From: Somniosus microcephalus
Lineage: Eukaryota
Direction: 5' to 3'
Assembly: GCA_052327205.1 (NCBI GenBank)
Contig: CM126209.1
Location: 61,752,001-61,816,000 of the forward strand
DNA length: 64,000 nt
Each line of letters begins with the position of its first letter. The stretch's first letter is position 1. The notes under the pieces are model-generated. The model was not told where the DNA came from and ran no database searches. It saw only the letters and a list, made by a program, of their open reading frames with translations. Below, piece after piece: positions 1 through 42,400 of the stretch. A program made the translations under genes and the position numbers.

Positions 1-1876
1 TTCCAGGCACATCTTTATTCTTCAGACAATCGGAACTAGGTGATAATGGGCGAAACACAATAGGAGCTATTTTACTGCGTATTGTGAAGGGCGCATCTAT
101 AAGACCATCCCTGGTGCTGAATATTCACAGAGCACAACACCTCCTGCGATTCCTGGTTGAGTCTTGAGTACTCCTTTCACAGAGACTGCGCGTTAACATT
201 TTAGCATTGGTAAAACTATGTCAGCCCTGGTGAGCCGAGCACTTTAAATGTCAGGGAATGTGCAGCCGCCAATAAAAAGAGAGTATATTCTGTCGATTTT
301 ATACAATACTAATTATTATGTAATAAATTCAACGATTTCATTAACCTCTGGTTGTCTGTTGGTGAGTGAAAACCGGTCAGACTGCCTCCCGCACACTAGC
401 CGAGTTCATCCCGCGCTGAGTGAGTGAGTGACTGAGCAACACCTCTGGTCAATCACCTTCTCTGCAATTATTAGATTTGCAGAATGGTGAAATATAACGA
501 CGTTTCATTTGATGTGAACAACGGATTGAATCATTGTTTAGAAAGGTATAAGTAGTGGGTGTAACTGAAGGATTAACTATAATGGGATGTTTAGTAAGAC
601 GCCGCATCTGCCGCGCAAACAGATTGAACGGGACTCGTCTTCTCACTGAAACGGAACTCAAACCGACAATTAGCAACTGAATAGCACTATAAGTATTGTT
701 ACCTCCCTCCCCATCAGCGGTGCAGGTAGCAATATTCATTACTTATTAGTCTGCCCACAATTATAATTTGCATTGTAAAGGCCGGAATGTGATGGCTGAA
801 TGTTCCCCCCCCGCCCCTGTATAGAGTGATCTGCAGTACACAGTGATGGATACTTGAACTTCAGGAAGAGCAGCACCTGTTTGTGGATGTGGATGGACTG
901 GAGACAGCTGGTCGTGTCATTCTGGACACTTTTACATTGACCACTTCCAGCTAAAAGTCCAAACGGCTCTTCTTTCATTGTATCGCACCGCTAGCGGCAG
1001 TCCAAGCGGCGTCAATATTGTCCAGTGTCTCTCTGTAATATCCCATCACGATAAACGGGCTGTGCTTTCTGCTCAATTTTATTTCGGGACCCGTTCCCTG
1101 TAAAGCGATCCCTCCCCTTGCCACTCGGCAAATAGGATTCCGTGTGCTTGAATACTGCCAGAAAAATACTAATAAAGGTTGAAATTAGGAGCTTTAGAAA
1201 ACAGATATACAGCTTCAATAAAACACCGGGCATAGGCCTTATTTGAACTGTCTTGTTTAATTGCACAATTTGTAATCTTTTGGTTAAAATAAACAAGCCA
1301 TCCTTGTGAGAGGTTGGCAAAACCCGAGGCTGTTTCGGTGACCGGGACGCGTATGTGACCAGTCCCGGTAGAAAACACTGGGTCAGCAAGGGTTAACAAC
1401 TTGGAGCTGCGGAATTGCAGGAAAACGGAGGGTATCTGTCCATCATTGTTTCAATATGTACAAATGTGCCAAAGTATTAACTGATCAGTGGGTTTATTTG
1501 GAATGGATTGTAATAACCTGGCACTTAAACGGGCTGGGGCGGCTCATTGCTCATGATGGCCATACTCTCGAGCTGCGGCAAAGGGTATTTGTGGTTCTGT
1601 AATTAAATTTAAGAGCAATCAGATTAGAATTAAATAAACACTGCAGTTCAACCAAGGGGCAGCGGAGTTGTATTTTGCTTGTACATTTCAGTCATTTCCA
1701 GGAACCCAATACCTTCCTTTAAGAGCAACGAGTCGAATTCCCATTCTGCCTTGCAGACGGCTACATACATTGCGCCGGGTTATAGCCGCTGTAAATGTAC
1801 CTATAAAACTGTGGGTGGCAACGGCGACCGTGTTTACTTTCTGATATAACCTTGCTTTTCCACTGCTTTGCCTGGC

Positions 1877-1893
1877 TGACCTGGGTTTGAACC
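1877..1893 (-). promoter_or_regulatory. Distal DR5 RARE upstream of cyp26a1
   Basis: TGACCT gggtt TGAACC = GGTTCA n5 AGGTCA, perfect RG(G/T)TCA DR5, in CpG-rich, TE-free upstream DNA. Confidence 0.7.
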
Positions 1894-3014
1894 TCGAGCT
1901 AGCACGGGATCATAATTTTAGGAATTCGCATCTGAATGACGTTGTAGTTATGTTCTCACAGTTACCCAAAGGCGCGGTTTAATCTGCAGTCGGGGGTGAA
2001 CGCCAGGCCAGGCTGTTATTCCAGATAACTGTCACTCAGCCCCTGCGCCACGTCAACGCGAAACTTGGCTCCACGACAATGACATAATTAATCTTTACAT
2101 CAGCCAGGGCCCTTCTAACCAGGGGCGGGCGGAGGCAGGAACCCACCCACAACAAAACTCTTGGACTCGCAGCCCGGGTTTTACCAGGAAATCGTGCAGA
2201 ATACTTTTAAAAAATCGCACCCTGAATGTGTTATTAAATCTCAGGTCCAGCCCATTATCACAGCATGTAATCCTCATGGAGATGAGCGAGCCGAGGTGAC
2301 CACGGGGCATCAGCTATTAACCGTAACTTTTGAACTATATTCAACACACGATCGAGATGAGCAGATTTCAGCTCTGCTAAATAACTTTTCAGATTTACAT
2401 TCTTAAATATCCAAAAAAGACGTTACGTTGCCCGTGTCTTGATATACGTGGCCATTAGACATTATTACATGATTAGGTGCGACCGGAGTCAGCGTGACAA
2501 GTCTAGTACAATCTTTAATTTAAGGCATGCTTTTATAAAACCGTTCCATATGCTGAGGTACAATACAACGCAAGTGCTGCTCAGTGGGGTAAATGTAAAT
2601 CTGACCACTCACAGTCTATGGGCCAGTTGCCAATTTGCGGGTTATGTATATCATAAGGGACACATTACAAACTTAATAAAACAATTAAATTGAGCCACGG
2701 CAGCACTATAACGAATGGAGTACTTTTCGCTCAAAGACAGGTATCCCTGCCCTTACATTGATGAGCTGTAATGTGCTCTCCTCCCTTCTGACCTCAATGA
2801 TCGTTTCCATACACTTGAGCTCCTCCCCCCAAAATATTTCATAGAGTCTCCCAAGCCACGTATCACAGGCTGGATCATAAATCGAGGTGATCAGAAACTC
2901 ATGCTGTCCTCTATGGATAGCTCCACTTCTGGCTAACAATGGGTTAAAGATTTTTGGGCAGCGTCACTGAAACAGGCGGAGTCGGAGGGATGGCACAATC
3001 TACACAATTAAAGA

Positions 3015-3031
3015 TGAACTTTGTGTGAACT
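3015..3031 (-). promoter_or_regulatory. Proximal DR5 retinoic acid response element (R1-type) of cyp26a1
   Basis: TGAACT ttgtg TGAACT (AGTTCA n5 AGTTCA on the minus strand), in the CAATTAAAGA...AATT context known from vertebrate Cyp26a1 promoters; GC box at 2975-2980 and TATA-like TTATAA at 3074-3079. Confidence 0.92.
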
Positions 3032-3073
3032 AATTTAACTGACCAAGGTAAGAGGGGCTGAGACCTGGAGTGG

Positions 3074-3079
3074 TTATAA
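3074..3079 (+). promoter_or_regulatory. TATA-like box of cyp26a1
   Basis: TTATAA about 40 nt downstream of the proximal RARE and about 125 nt upstream of the ATG. Confidence 0.6.
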
Positions 3080-3202
3080 GGAGGGTTGAATCTGGAGTGT
3101 GAGCATTTGGGAGCCTCACTCGCCTCATCCTGAGAGCAGCAATACTTACAGGCTGAGGGTGTCCTGAGGGAAGAACTGAGAGGAGGTCCTGCTGCTGTTA
3201 AA

Positions 3203-3391
3203 ATGGTCTTATTTACACTTTGTGCTACTTTCTTGTGCACTTTCGTGCTGCCGCTGTCGCTCTTCCTCGCCGCGGTGAAGCTGTGGGAAGTTTACTGTAT
3301 AAGTGGAAGGGACCCCAGCTGTGAAAACCCCCTCCCTCCGGGCTCCATGGGGCTGCCGTTCCTGGGAGAGACTCTCCAGCTGGTCCTGCAG
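3203..3391 (+). CDS. cyp26a1: cyp26a1 exon 1 (coding part)
   Basis: ATG at 3203, MVLFTLCATFLCTFVLP...LPPGSMGLPFLGETLQLVLQ, donor CAG|gtgagg. Confidence 0.95.
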
Positions 3392-6300
3392 GTGAGGAGG
3401 TTCACTTACTTCAAAATAACCCGACTTTTTTTTTCCAAATCTAGGGGTCATGTCAAAATCCGTGACTTCCTCTGAGAGAAACCGAGCGCGAAGCGGTAAC
3501 GTTGACAATAAGAATAGAAAATATATTTTTTTAGAAAAGAGAGGATGAGAACAAATTGCAGCCTTGGGAGAGAAAACAGGTAGGCAGTGCTCAGCTCTGA
3601 TCGAGGCGTCCAGCATCTTTGGAGAATTGCATTCCAGTGTGTCGTCATTAATAAGAGCGCAGGATTTAACAGCAAGCGTCGCTGTGCAGAAAACAACCGC
3701 AACTTGGCTTGTTTGAATGGCTGCCAAACGGATTTATTTCGCAGCCTTGCTGGAAGTTTGATGCCGGGCTGTCACTGGTATCAAGCTGCAGCGGAAGTAT
3801 TCTAAAAGCAGTTTAAACTATTTCCTCCGCAGATTTAGGAATCGCACAAATTATGCAGCAACCTGAACACTAACCCCCAGAAGTGTCCCCCCCCTCGCCC
3901 CGAGTATTAATCGCACCTAACCGATTAACCTGCATCCATTTACAGAGATACAAGTTTCTTAAGATGAAAGTACGAAAGTACGGCCACATCTACAAGACGC
4001 ATCTTTTCGGGAGCCCGACTGTGCGGATCATGGGAGCTGAGAATGTGAAGCACATTTTATTAGGGGAACACAAGCTGGTGTCGGTGCAGTGGCCCGCCTC
4101 GGTGAGGACGATCCTGGGAGCCGGCTGCCTGTCCAGCCTGCACGATTCCGAGCACAAACACAGGAAGAGGGTGAGTGCACACTTTCCACATCTGACCCAT
4201 TAACCGAGAAAGGTTGCTGTCTAAAAGACTTCGTGAATCAAGCGTCTTGCAGTTTGCAAACTTCCAGCCTTTGAATCTCAGGCTGAACCAAGAGTAAGAA
4301 TAGGAAATCCCACAGAATCATTGGCATTAACCCATTATTAGAAAAGTCCAATTAGGCAGTGCTGGAGTCAAAAGTGCTCATTTAATAATCAGTTGCATAT
4401 TACATCAATTTTAAAAGTGGCTTCTTTTAAGTTCTTTTAAAAATACAAAACTGAGTTTATTTTCAATGTAGAAAGAGGAATAGGTGCTGGTTTAATCAGA
4501 TTTTTAAAAAATTTTAATAGGTGATTTTGAAAGCTTTCTCCCGAGAAGCTCTCGAGAACTACATCCCAGTGATGGGCGAGGAGATCAGGGCCGGGGTGAG
4601 GCGATGGCTGGAGAGCGGCCCTTGTGTGCTGGTTTACCCCGAGATGAAGCGCCTCATGTTCGGGATCGCGATGCGGATCCTGTTGGGCTTCGAACCCACG
4701 CAGACCAGCCCGCAGACACAGCAGCAGCTCATTGAGGCTTTCGAGGAAATGATTCGCAACCTCTTCTCACTGCCCATCGACGTGCCGTTCAGCGGCTTAT
4801 ACCGGGTAAGGTCCGGAGTCAAGATAACAGGGAGGGAGGGGATTGGGGCCGGGTAAATGGTGTGCAGGTTTTTGCTCCAATAGTAACTAAAGCACAGGAG
4901 ACTGAAAAATGTAACCTTTAAATGGCGGAGTGACACTGAGTGTGCCGTTATTTGGTGACAGGGGCTGAAGGCGAGGAATGTTATCCACGCAAAAATCGAA
5001 GAGAACATCAGGAAAAAGGTGGCGAAACGCGAGGCCACGGGCCAGTTCAAGGATGCTCTGCAGCTTCTGATCGAACACTCAGAAAAGAGTGACCAACCCC
5101 TGCGTTTACAGGTAAAGCTACTGCCCCGCCCCTGCCCCAGAACATCACCCCACACCGCTGCCCCTGCCCCAGAACACTGCCCCTGGACATTAACCCAGAA
5201 CACTGCCATTGCCCCACAACGTTGCCCTTCCCCAGATCATTACCCCAGAACACTGCCCACTCCTGCCCATTGCCCCAAAACATTGCCCTTCCCCAGAACA
5301 CTGCCCCTACCCCAGAACATTGCCCTTCCCCAGATCATTACCCCAGGACACTGCCCCTGCCCCAGAACATTGCCCACTCCTGTCGATTGCTGTAGATCAT
5401 TGCCCTTCCCCAGAACACTGCCTCTGGACATTAACCCAGATCACTGCCCCTTCCCCAGACCCAAACCCAGAACACTGCTCAATAACTAACACAACTCCTG
5501 ATTTTACACCGCAGTTGAACAAACTTAATATACACCATTTTTTTAAAGCAACGACGGGTTAAATGTTTTTCTTTCTTTAAAAGCTTAAATTCCAGTGAGG
5601 AGTCTCACTCCGGCTTCCTTCATCCTGCGGCAATGTGCAATGTGCAATGTCCAGATGAGAAATGCCATCGCCTCCCTGCACACAGGGCCCTGCTACCCGG
5701 TGGCTTCACGGGTGCAAATTGCAGAACATTTGCAGCAGTGGCAATCTTTGGGAGCATTGACGATCTTCAAGCGCAGTCTCTCTGCTGCAGGAGGTTCAGT
5801 GCCGGCACTCTTGGAACGTGCCTGATGTGTGTTTTGTTTTCTCTCCCTTTTTATTTGAAGGAGCTGAAGGAATCTGCCACCGAGCTCCTGTTTGGAGGAC
5901 ACGAGACGACAGCCAGCACCGCCACCTCCCTGGTCACTTTCCTGGCCCTGCATCCTGAAGTGCTGCAAAAAGTCAGAGGGGAATTGCAGGAGCAGGTAAG
6001 GCATCGCATACCAGTCAGAGCTTACTTTGCACATTCCCAGCCTCACATCCATCCTTGATCGGATTCCTTGGGTTGCACGGATTGCAACAACCAAAATCCA
6101 TTAGCAGCAAATTGAGAGTAATTTAAGCACCAATCCCGGATTTTGTTTTTGGTTTTAAATGTGGCTTCTCAATGGATTTGCAGGGATTACTGAGCAGCGA
6201 CGCTAAAGAGAACAAACAAATCACCATTGAAGTCCTGGAACAACTTAAGTATACCGGAAGCGTCATCAAAGAAACTCTTCGACTGAGTCCCCCGGTCCCC

Positions 6301-7799
6301 GGAGGATTCCGCGTGGCCCTAAAGACCTTCGTGTTAAATGTAAGCGGAAATTTGAGAGTCAGAAATAAGTGTTCTGTAAAACATTGGAGCCGTTTGAAAC
6401 CTTTACACCAGTCACCCTAAAAGCAATTCCTTGTGCACATTTAGAAAAAAAAATCAATTATCCCACAATTGATTTTACAATACCCTCCAGATTTTGTAAT
6501 GTCTAATCGTAAATATCGCTAAATCAGAAACAATATCCAATAGGTTTTAAGCGGGTCTCCACCACTTTGCATGGGCAACAATTAAGCATTCCTGCAGCCG
6601 TCGCAAGCTACAAACGATTTCCCTCTGCAGTATCAAGCAACATGAGAATCTAATTAAACCGCTCGTAGTTCAGCGATTGAGATTACACCAGGAGGAATCA
6701 TTGGCAGCACTATGGGATGGCACTGGTAGTCTAGTTCCACCCCTCCAGCCTTTTCGGTCCAGATATTGTGGGGGGGGGGGATGTCTGTGAACGTGTTTTG
6801 ATTGAACCCATTTAGGTTTAAACGATCGGATCGATTGGGAAGATTCTGGACAGCAAGAGTTCACAAGGTCATTTACATTAAGAGGCCGATAACATCGGAT
6901 CATTAATTCGCAGCCAATTTCATGCCCATCCTTTAGAGCCCACAGCCTACTAATGGGGACTGTATATGGCTCCAATAACCCCTCAGATTAGGAATGACCT
7001 GGGTACAGTCGTCTAATTTCAGACATTTTTAAAAATAGAAATCTGATTTAGAAGTGAAACAATTCACTTAAATTCCAAGGTGTATGATAGTAAATGTCAC
7101 AATCCTTACAGCAGAATTTATAAAACGTGCTGGATTGTAGAAACATAAGGAGGAGTAGGCTATTCGAGCCTGCTCCGCCATTCAATATGATCATGGCTGA
7201 TCCTTTATCTCAATACCATATTCCCGCTCTCTCCCCATACCCCTTGATGCCGTGTGTGTCTAGAAATCTATCGATCTCCTTAAGTGACTTGGCCTCCAGA
7301 GCCCTCTGGGGTAGAGAATTCCACAGGTTCACCACCCTGAGTGAAGAAATTTCTCCTCATCTCAGTCCTAAATGTCCTACCCCGTATCCGGAGACTGTGA
7401 TAAATTGTAGATAAATATAATACGTTAAAATAATCAAGTCAATTTCATTTCCAGGGATATCAGATACCAAAAGGCTGGAATGTTATTTACAGTATCTGTG
7501 ACACACATGATGTAGCCACAAATTTCTCGAAGAAGGACGAGTTTAACCCGGATCGCTTCATGGAGGGCTGTCCGGAGAAAGATTCCTGCAGATTCAGCTA
7601 CATCCCATTCGGCGGAGGCTCCAGGAGCTGTGTGGGCAAAGAGTTCGCCAAGATCCTGCTCAAGATCTTCACCGTGGAGCTGGTCAGGGCTTGCGACTGG
7701 GAACTTTTAAACGGGCCTCCTACAATGAAAACCAACCCCACCGTATACCCAGTGGACAACCTGCCCACAAAATTCACACCGTTCCCATACACAATCTGA
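3203..7799 (+). CDS. cyp26a1: Cytochrome P450 26A1 (retinoic acid hydroxylase), complete 7-exon gene, 494 aa: join(3203-3391,3946-4170,4521-4805,4962-5111,5861-5995,6184-6339,7455-7799)
   Basis: All introns GT-AG and phase 0; exons sum to 1485 nt with no internal stop. Motifs: N-terminal membrane anchor, PPGSMGLPFLGETL, I-helix FGGHETT, K-helix ETLR, NPDRF and heme-binding FGGGSRSCVG. Seven-exon layout, proximal DR5 RARE and adjacency to MYOF fit CYP26A1 rather than 26B1/26C1. Confidence 0.96.
3946..4170 (+). CDS. cyp26a1: cyp26a1 exon 2
   Basis: tttacag|RYKFLKMKVRKYGHIYKTHLFGSPTVR...HKHRKR|gtgagt. Confidence 0.95.
4521..4805 (+). CDS. cyp26a1: cyp26a1 exon 3
   Basis: taatag|VILKAFSREALENY...NLFSLPIDVPFSGLYR|gtaagg. 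Confidence 0.95.
4962..5111 (+). CDS. cyp26a1: cyp26a1 exon 4
   Basis: tgacag|GLKARNVIHAKIEENIRKK...DALQLLIEHSEKSDQPLRLQ|gtaaag. Confidence 0.93.
5122..5480 (+). repeat. C-rich minisatellite in cyp26a1 intron 4 (~16-19 bp units, core CCCCAGAACA(C/T)TGCCC)
   Basis: Roughly 20 degenerate tandem copies; generates the spurious Pro-rich ORFs in the ORF track. Confidence 0.9.
5861..5995 (+). CDS. cyp26a1: cyp26a1 exon 5 (I-helix)
   Basis: ttgaag|ELKESATELLFGGHETTASTATSL...ELQEQ|gtaagg. Confidence 0.95.
6184..6339 (+). CDS. cyp26a1: cyp26a1 exon 6 (ExxR motif)
   Basis: ttgcag|GLLSSD...LEQLKYTGSVIKETLRLSPPVPGGFRVALKTFVLN|gtaagc. Confidence 0.95.
6858..6871 (+). promoter_or_regulatory. Candidate DR2 RARE in cyp26a1 intron 6
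   Basis: AGTTCA ca AGGTCA, perfect DR2. Confidence 0.5.
7139..7398 (-). mobile_element. CR1 LINE 3' fragment in cyp26a1 intron 6
   Basis: Reverse complement resembles the 3' end of the CR1 at 31575-35935 (GATCAGCCATGATC...GAATGG...CCTACTCC). Confidence 0.8.
7455..7799 (+). CDS. cyp26a1: cyp26a1 exon 7 (heme-binding Cys, stop)
   Basis: ttccag|GYQIPKGWNVIYSICDTHD...FSYIPFGGGSRSCVGKEFA...PFPYTI-TGA. Confidence 0.95.
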   Translation, partial: GYQIPKGWNVIYSICDTHDVATNFSKKDEFNPDRFMEGCPEKDSCRFSYIPFGGGSRSCVGKEFAKILLKIFTVELVRACDWELLNGPPTMKTNPTVYPVDNLPTKFTPFPYTI

Positions 7800-8390
7800 C
7801 CTTTTCACGACACCCCGGGACTCTGCAGAGCCACCACCTCAACATTAGCGGCCCCCGGACGTGCCCGTAGTGTTCCAGTCAGTGTACCAATATGTGGGAG
7901 TGGAGTGGAGGGGGGGGGGGGGGGGGGAAGGGCGGGAAGAGAGGGAATGAATATTCTTCAGGAAGTCTTAAACTGGCAGAAGCTTCAATCCCATTTATAA
8001 ATGGTAGTTTCGTCCGGATCTTGACGTTGAAAACATTTCTCCCACAATTGTTTTTGCCTGTTCTTTCGCAGTGATTATAGAATCTGACTGTTTCGCACAG
8101 CTCATTTGTTCTTTATTAATTCTGTAAATAGGCTATTTTATACTACCGTATTTGTAATCTTTTCAAAACCACTGCTTTTAGATTATGAATTATTTAACTA
8201 CATTGTAGCTTTGTGATGCAACTGCTAATTTATGTTAAGCCTTGGAGTGTAAATATAATAATTTAAAGAACAGGCTGTCTGGCAAACATTGCAAGTACGT
8301 TTCAAGCACTAGGCCATGAATCAGGAGGATACATGGTGAGAGAGAATGTGTGTGTGTCCGTCCCTATATCAGGAATGTTCAACAACACGC

Positions 8391-8396
8391 AATAAA
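8391..8396 (+). terminator. Putative cyp26a1 polyadenylation signal
   Basis: First AATAAA I found after the stop codon, at the end of a ~600 nt AU-rich UTR. Confidence 0.6.
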
Positions 8397-8429
8397 AAGG
8401 ACATGAACCATAGAGTATTGGTGAAACGA

Positions 8430-8435
8430 TTTATT
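8430..8435 (-). terminator. Putative MYOF (distal last exon) polyadenylation signal
   Basis: TTTATT on plus = AATAAA on minus, about 680 nt past the MYOF stop. Confidence 0.55.
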
Positions 8436-8950
8436 AGCGGCCAACATTGCAGTTGTTAAAGTACAGCAACTACGCATTTAAATTACATTATTTTGGTCCA
8501 AATTCATATGCAGCAAAAAGTGGACTGGAAAAAACATTAAACACGGAGCTTTTGCCTAATGCAACACTGACTATATATAACCCTCCAAATGTCAACCGCA
8601 GATTTCTTCCATTCCAGTAGGATACATGCAAACCAAATGGAAGCATTTGTGCTTTTTCCATTAAGTACAATTTTGGAAAATATTATTGTATAAAAATCCC
8701 ATAATCTGAGTGTTTTAAACCTATATTGTAACAGATGAGCAAACCGAACACATTGAATAGCCATGATTTAAAACACACTTTTCAGCTTAGTTCACCGTTC
8801 CAAATACACAACAAAACCCTGGTATTTCATAACTAGAGAGGCACCTGCTAAACAAACAGCCAATTGCGCAAACGCCGGGATAAAACCAGCAGGGTCCTGG
8901 TCATCAGGGTCAGCACATTAACATGGAATCACTGATAAACGGCCCAGTCA

Positions 8951-8975
8951 TGACCCCATGAACCTTGCCTAACCT
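8951..8975 (-). promoter_or_regulatory. Candidate DR2 RARE with adjoining degenerate DR5, downstream of cyp26a1 and inside the MYOF 3' UTR
   Basis: TGACCC ca TGAACC ttgcc TAACCT. Confidence 0.45.
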
Positions 8976-9112
8976 TGGTAAATGTAGATCTTGTCACCCT
9001 CCTAACCTCAGTCCATTTCTACCCTTAAGGCCACGAGGTTGTAGACATATGAAATGAATGTTCCTGGACCAGCAATACAACAGAGTCGCTGCTGCGGGAG
9101 GACGAGCCAATC

Positions 9113-40667
<31,555 letters not shown>

Positions 40668-42019
40668 TCAAATAAAATCAGTTATAGGAAAAGGGGTCAA
40701 ACATAAACTACGTATACCAAAAATAACGACTTTGGCAGCAGATGATGTTTGGATTAATGTGCAATTGGCAAGGAGGGTCTAAATACACACACTTCCAATG
40801 TAAACTCCCACTCCCCCCTCCAAAAAAAATGTAAACTCAGATAAAGCAGAGAAACTGATGCAATAAAACATTATAAAAAGGACATTAATAAGGAGGATTA
40901 AAAATACAACAGGCCGGATCTGGCTGGAGCAGGGCATGCCCTATTAGACTAAATTTTTCAGTACCCTTCAGCGCAAACAATTTTGTGCTGTAATTTGCTG
41001 GAATGCAAGCTGATAACGGCGATGGCAACAAGACATCTGGGACCTGAATGAACTGAGACCAATAGTGTATCTCCTTAACCAATGAGATCTAAGGATTAAA
41101 AAACAGGGGAATATGAGAGAGGGGGGAAGAGGGAGGGAGAGAGGGGGGAGAGGGGAGAGAGGAGAGAAGAGAGACACCTTTGCTCTCTGCAGCGGGTTTA
41201 ATGGGCAATTATGTGCAAATCCAGCAAGTTGTAAAAGGGAGCCCAAGAATGAGATGCCGTGACATTGTAAATCAACCAGCATATCTCTGAATCCCCTGAA
41301 TTTGTTGGCCGATTTTCACATGAACAGCAAAAATCCCCATCAATCCGGTGTACTTTGGCACACATTTTCAACTCTTTGCCCCTCTTAATTTACCAAGTTA
41401 TAAGGATACCCCCAAATAACTAAAAAAGTATAAGAAAGCTCTTAGCTTCTCTCTGGAATGCATGGTTCCTTGGGAAACAGAAAAGGGGAGAGCAACGAGA
41501 CAGACAGACGGACGGTGATGGGAAGAGGAAGGGGAGGACTACAGAACAGCTTTTCCAGGGGCTCCCCAAACCTCCATGCACAGCATACACCTTTTGGGCA
41601 GGAAAAACAAGCTGCAATCTCACCAACTCACAAGCATCAACACCAAAACCAGCCTGACTCCAGTTTCCCAGTCCATGCCCACCCAACAGAGAAACAAATG
41701 GCCTCAAGAGAAATGGAAGATCCCACTGAAAAAAGCTGCACCAGCTCAGTAACAAATGGGTTCCAGGCCCCAAACTCCTCACAAATAGTTCTACACTCGC
41801 AAATAAAAAAGGCTGTAAAATGAAAGCACATTTTCATGTTTAGCACCTATATATGAACCCAGCGATACTGATGAGATGAAAGTCTTCTCTCTTGGATGGA
41901 TGTTAAAGTCCTGCGTGAAATTAGTTTGTGTTTCAATCCAATTCAGAGCAGGTGTGGGTCTATACTACAAAACTACCAAGCGTCAGCAATTCTACACAAT
42001 TTGATGCAAAACTCGCCGA

Positions 42020-42400
42020 ATCATAGAATGGTTACAGCACGGAAGGCGGCCATTCGGCCTGTCGAGCCCGTGCAGACTCTCAGCTGGTCCCACTCCCCTG
42101 CCCTTTCCCCACAGCCCTGCAATTTTCTTTTCCTTCAGACACTTATTCAACTCCCTTTTGAAAGATAAGATCGAGTCTGCCTCCACCATCCGTTCAGGCA
42201 GTGCATTCCAGGTCTTAACCACTCGCTGTGTAAAAAAGTTTTTTCCTACGCTGCCTTTGGTTCTTTTGCCAATTACCTTACATCGGTGTCCTCTGGTTCT
42301 CAACCCTTCTTCCAACAGGAACAGTTTCTCTCTATCTACCCAGTTCAGACCACCTCATGATTTTGAACATCTATCAAATCTCCTCTCAATCTTCTCTAGC
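42020..42400 (-). mobile_element. CR1 LINE 3' fragment
   Basis: TRGHRCKVIGKRTKGSVGKNFFTQRVVKTWNALPERMVEADSILSFKRELNKCL. Confidence 0.85.

Noticed and set aside
2323-2336. GTAACT-tt-TGAACT as a possible DR2
   Set aside because: First half-site deviates from RG(G/T)TCA at two positions.
4634-5209. 191-aa antisense ORF (also 3209-3727, 172 aa) over cyp26a1
   Set aside because: Shadow ORFs opposite GC-rich coding exons and repeat; no recognisable domain.
5019-5562. Pro/Cys-rich ORFs of 117-156 aa
   Set aside because: Translations of the intron-4 minisatellite read through from exon 4; not independent genes.
7908-7927. Long poly-G/poly-C runs (also ~6769, 51533, 52087, 55686, 56626, 57797)
   Set aside because: Simple homopolymers of uncertain assembled length; no evidence of function.
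41847-41910. Minus-strand exon-like segment (cacgcag|DFNIHPREKTFISSVSLGSYI|gtgcta) faintly like MYOF FNITPRK
   Set aside because: Weak donor, wrong end phase for the next exon, and it lacks the expected YLRVIIWNT...SDIYVKG sequence; the true upstream exon appears to lie beyond the window.
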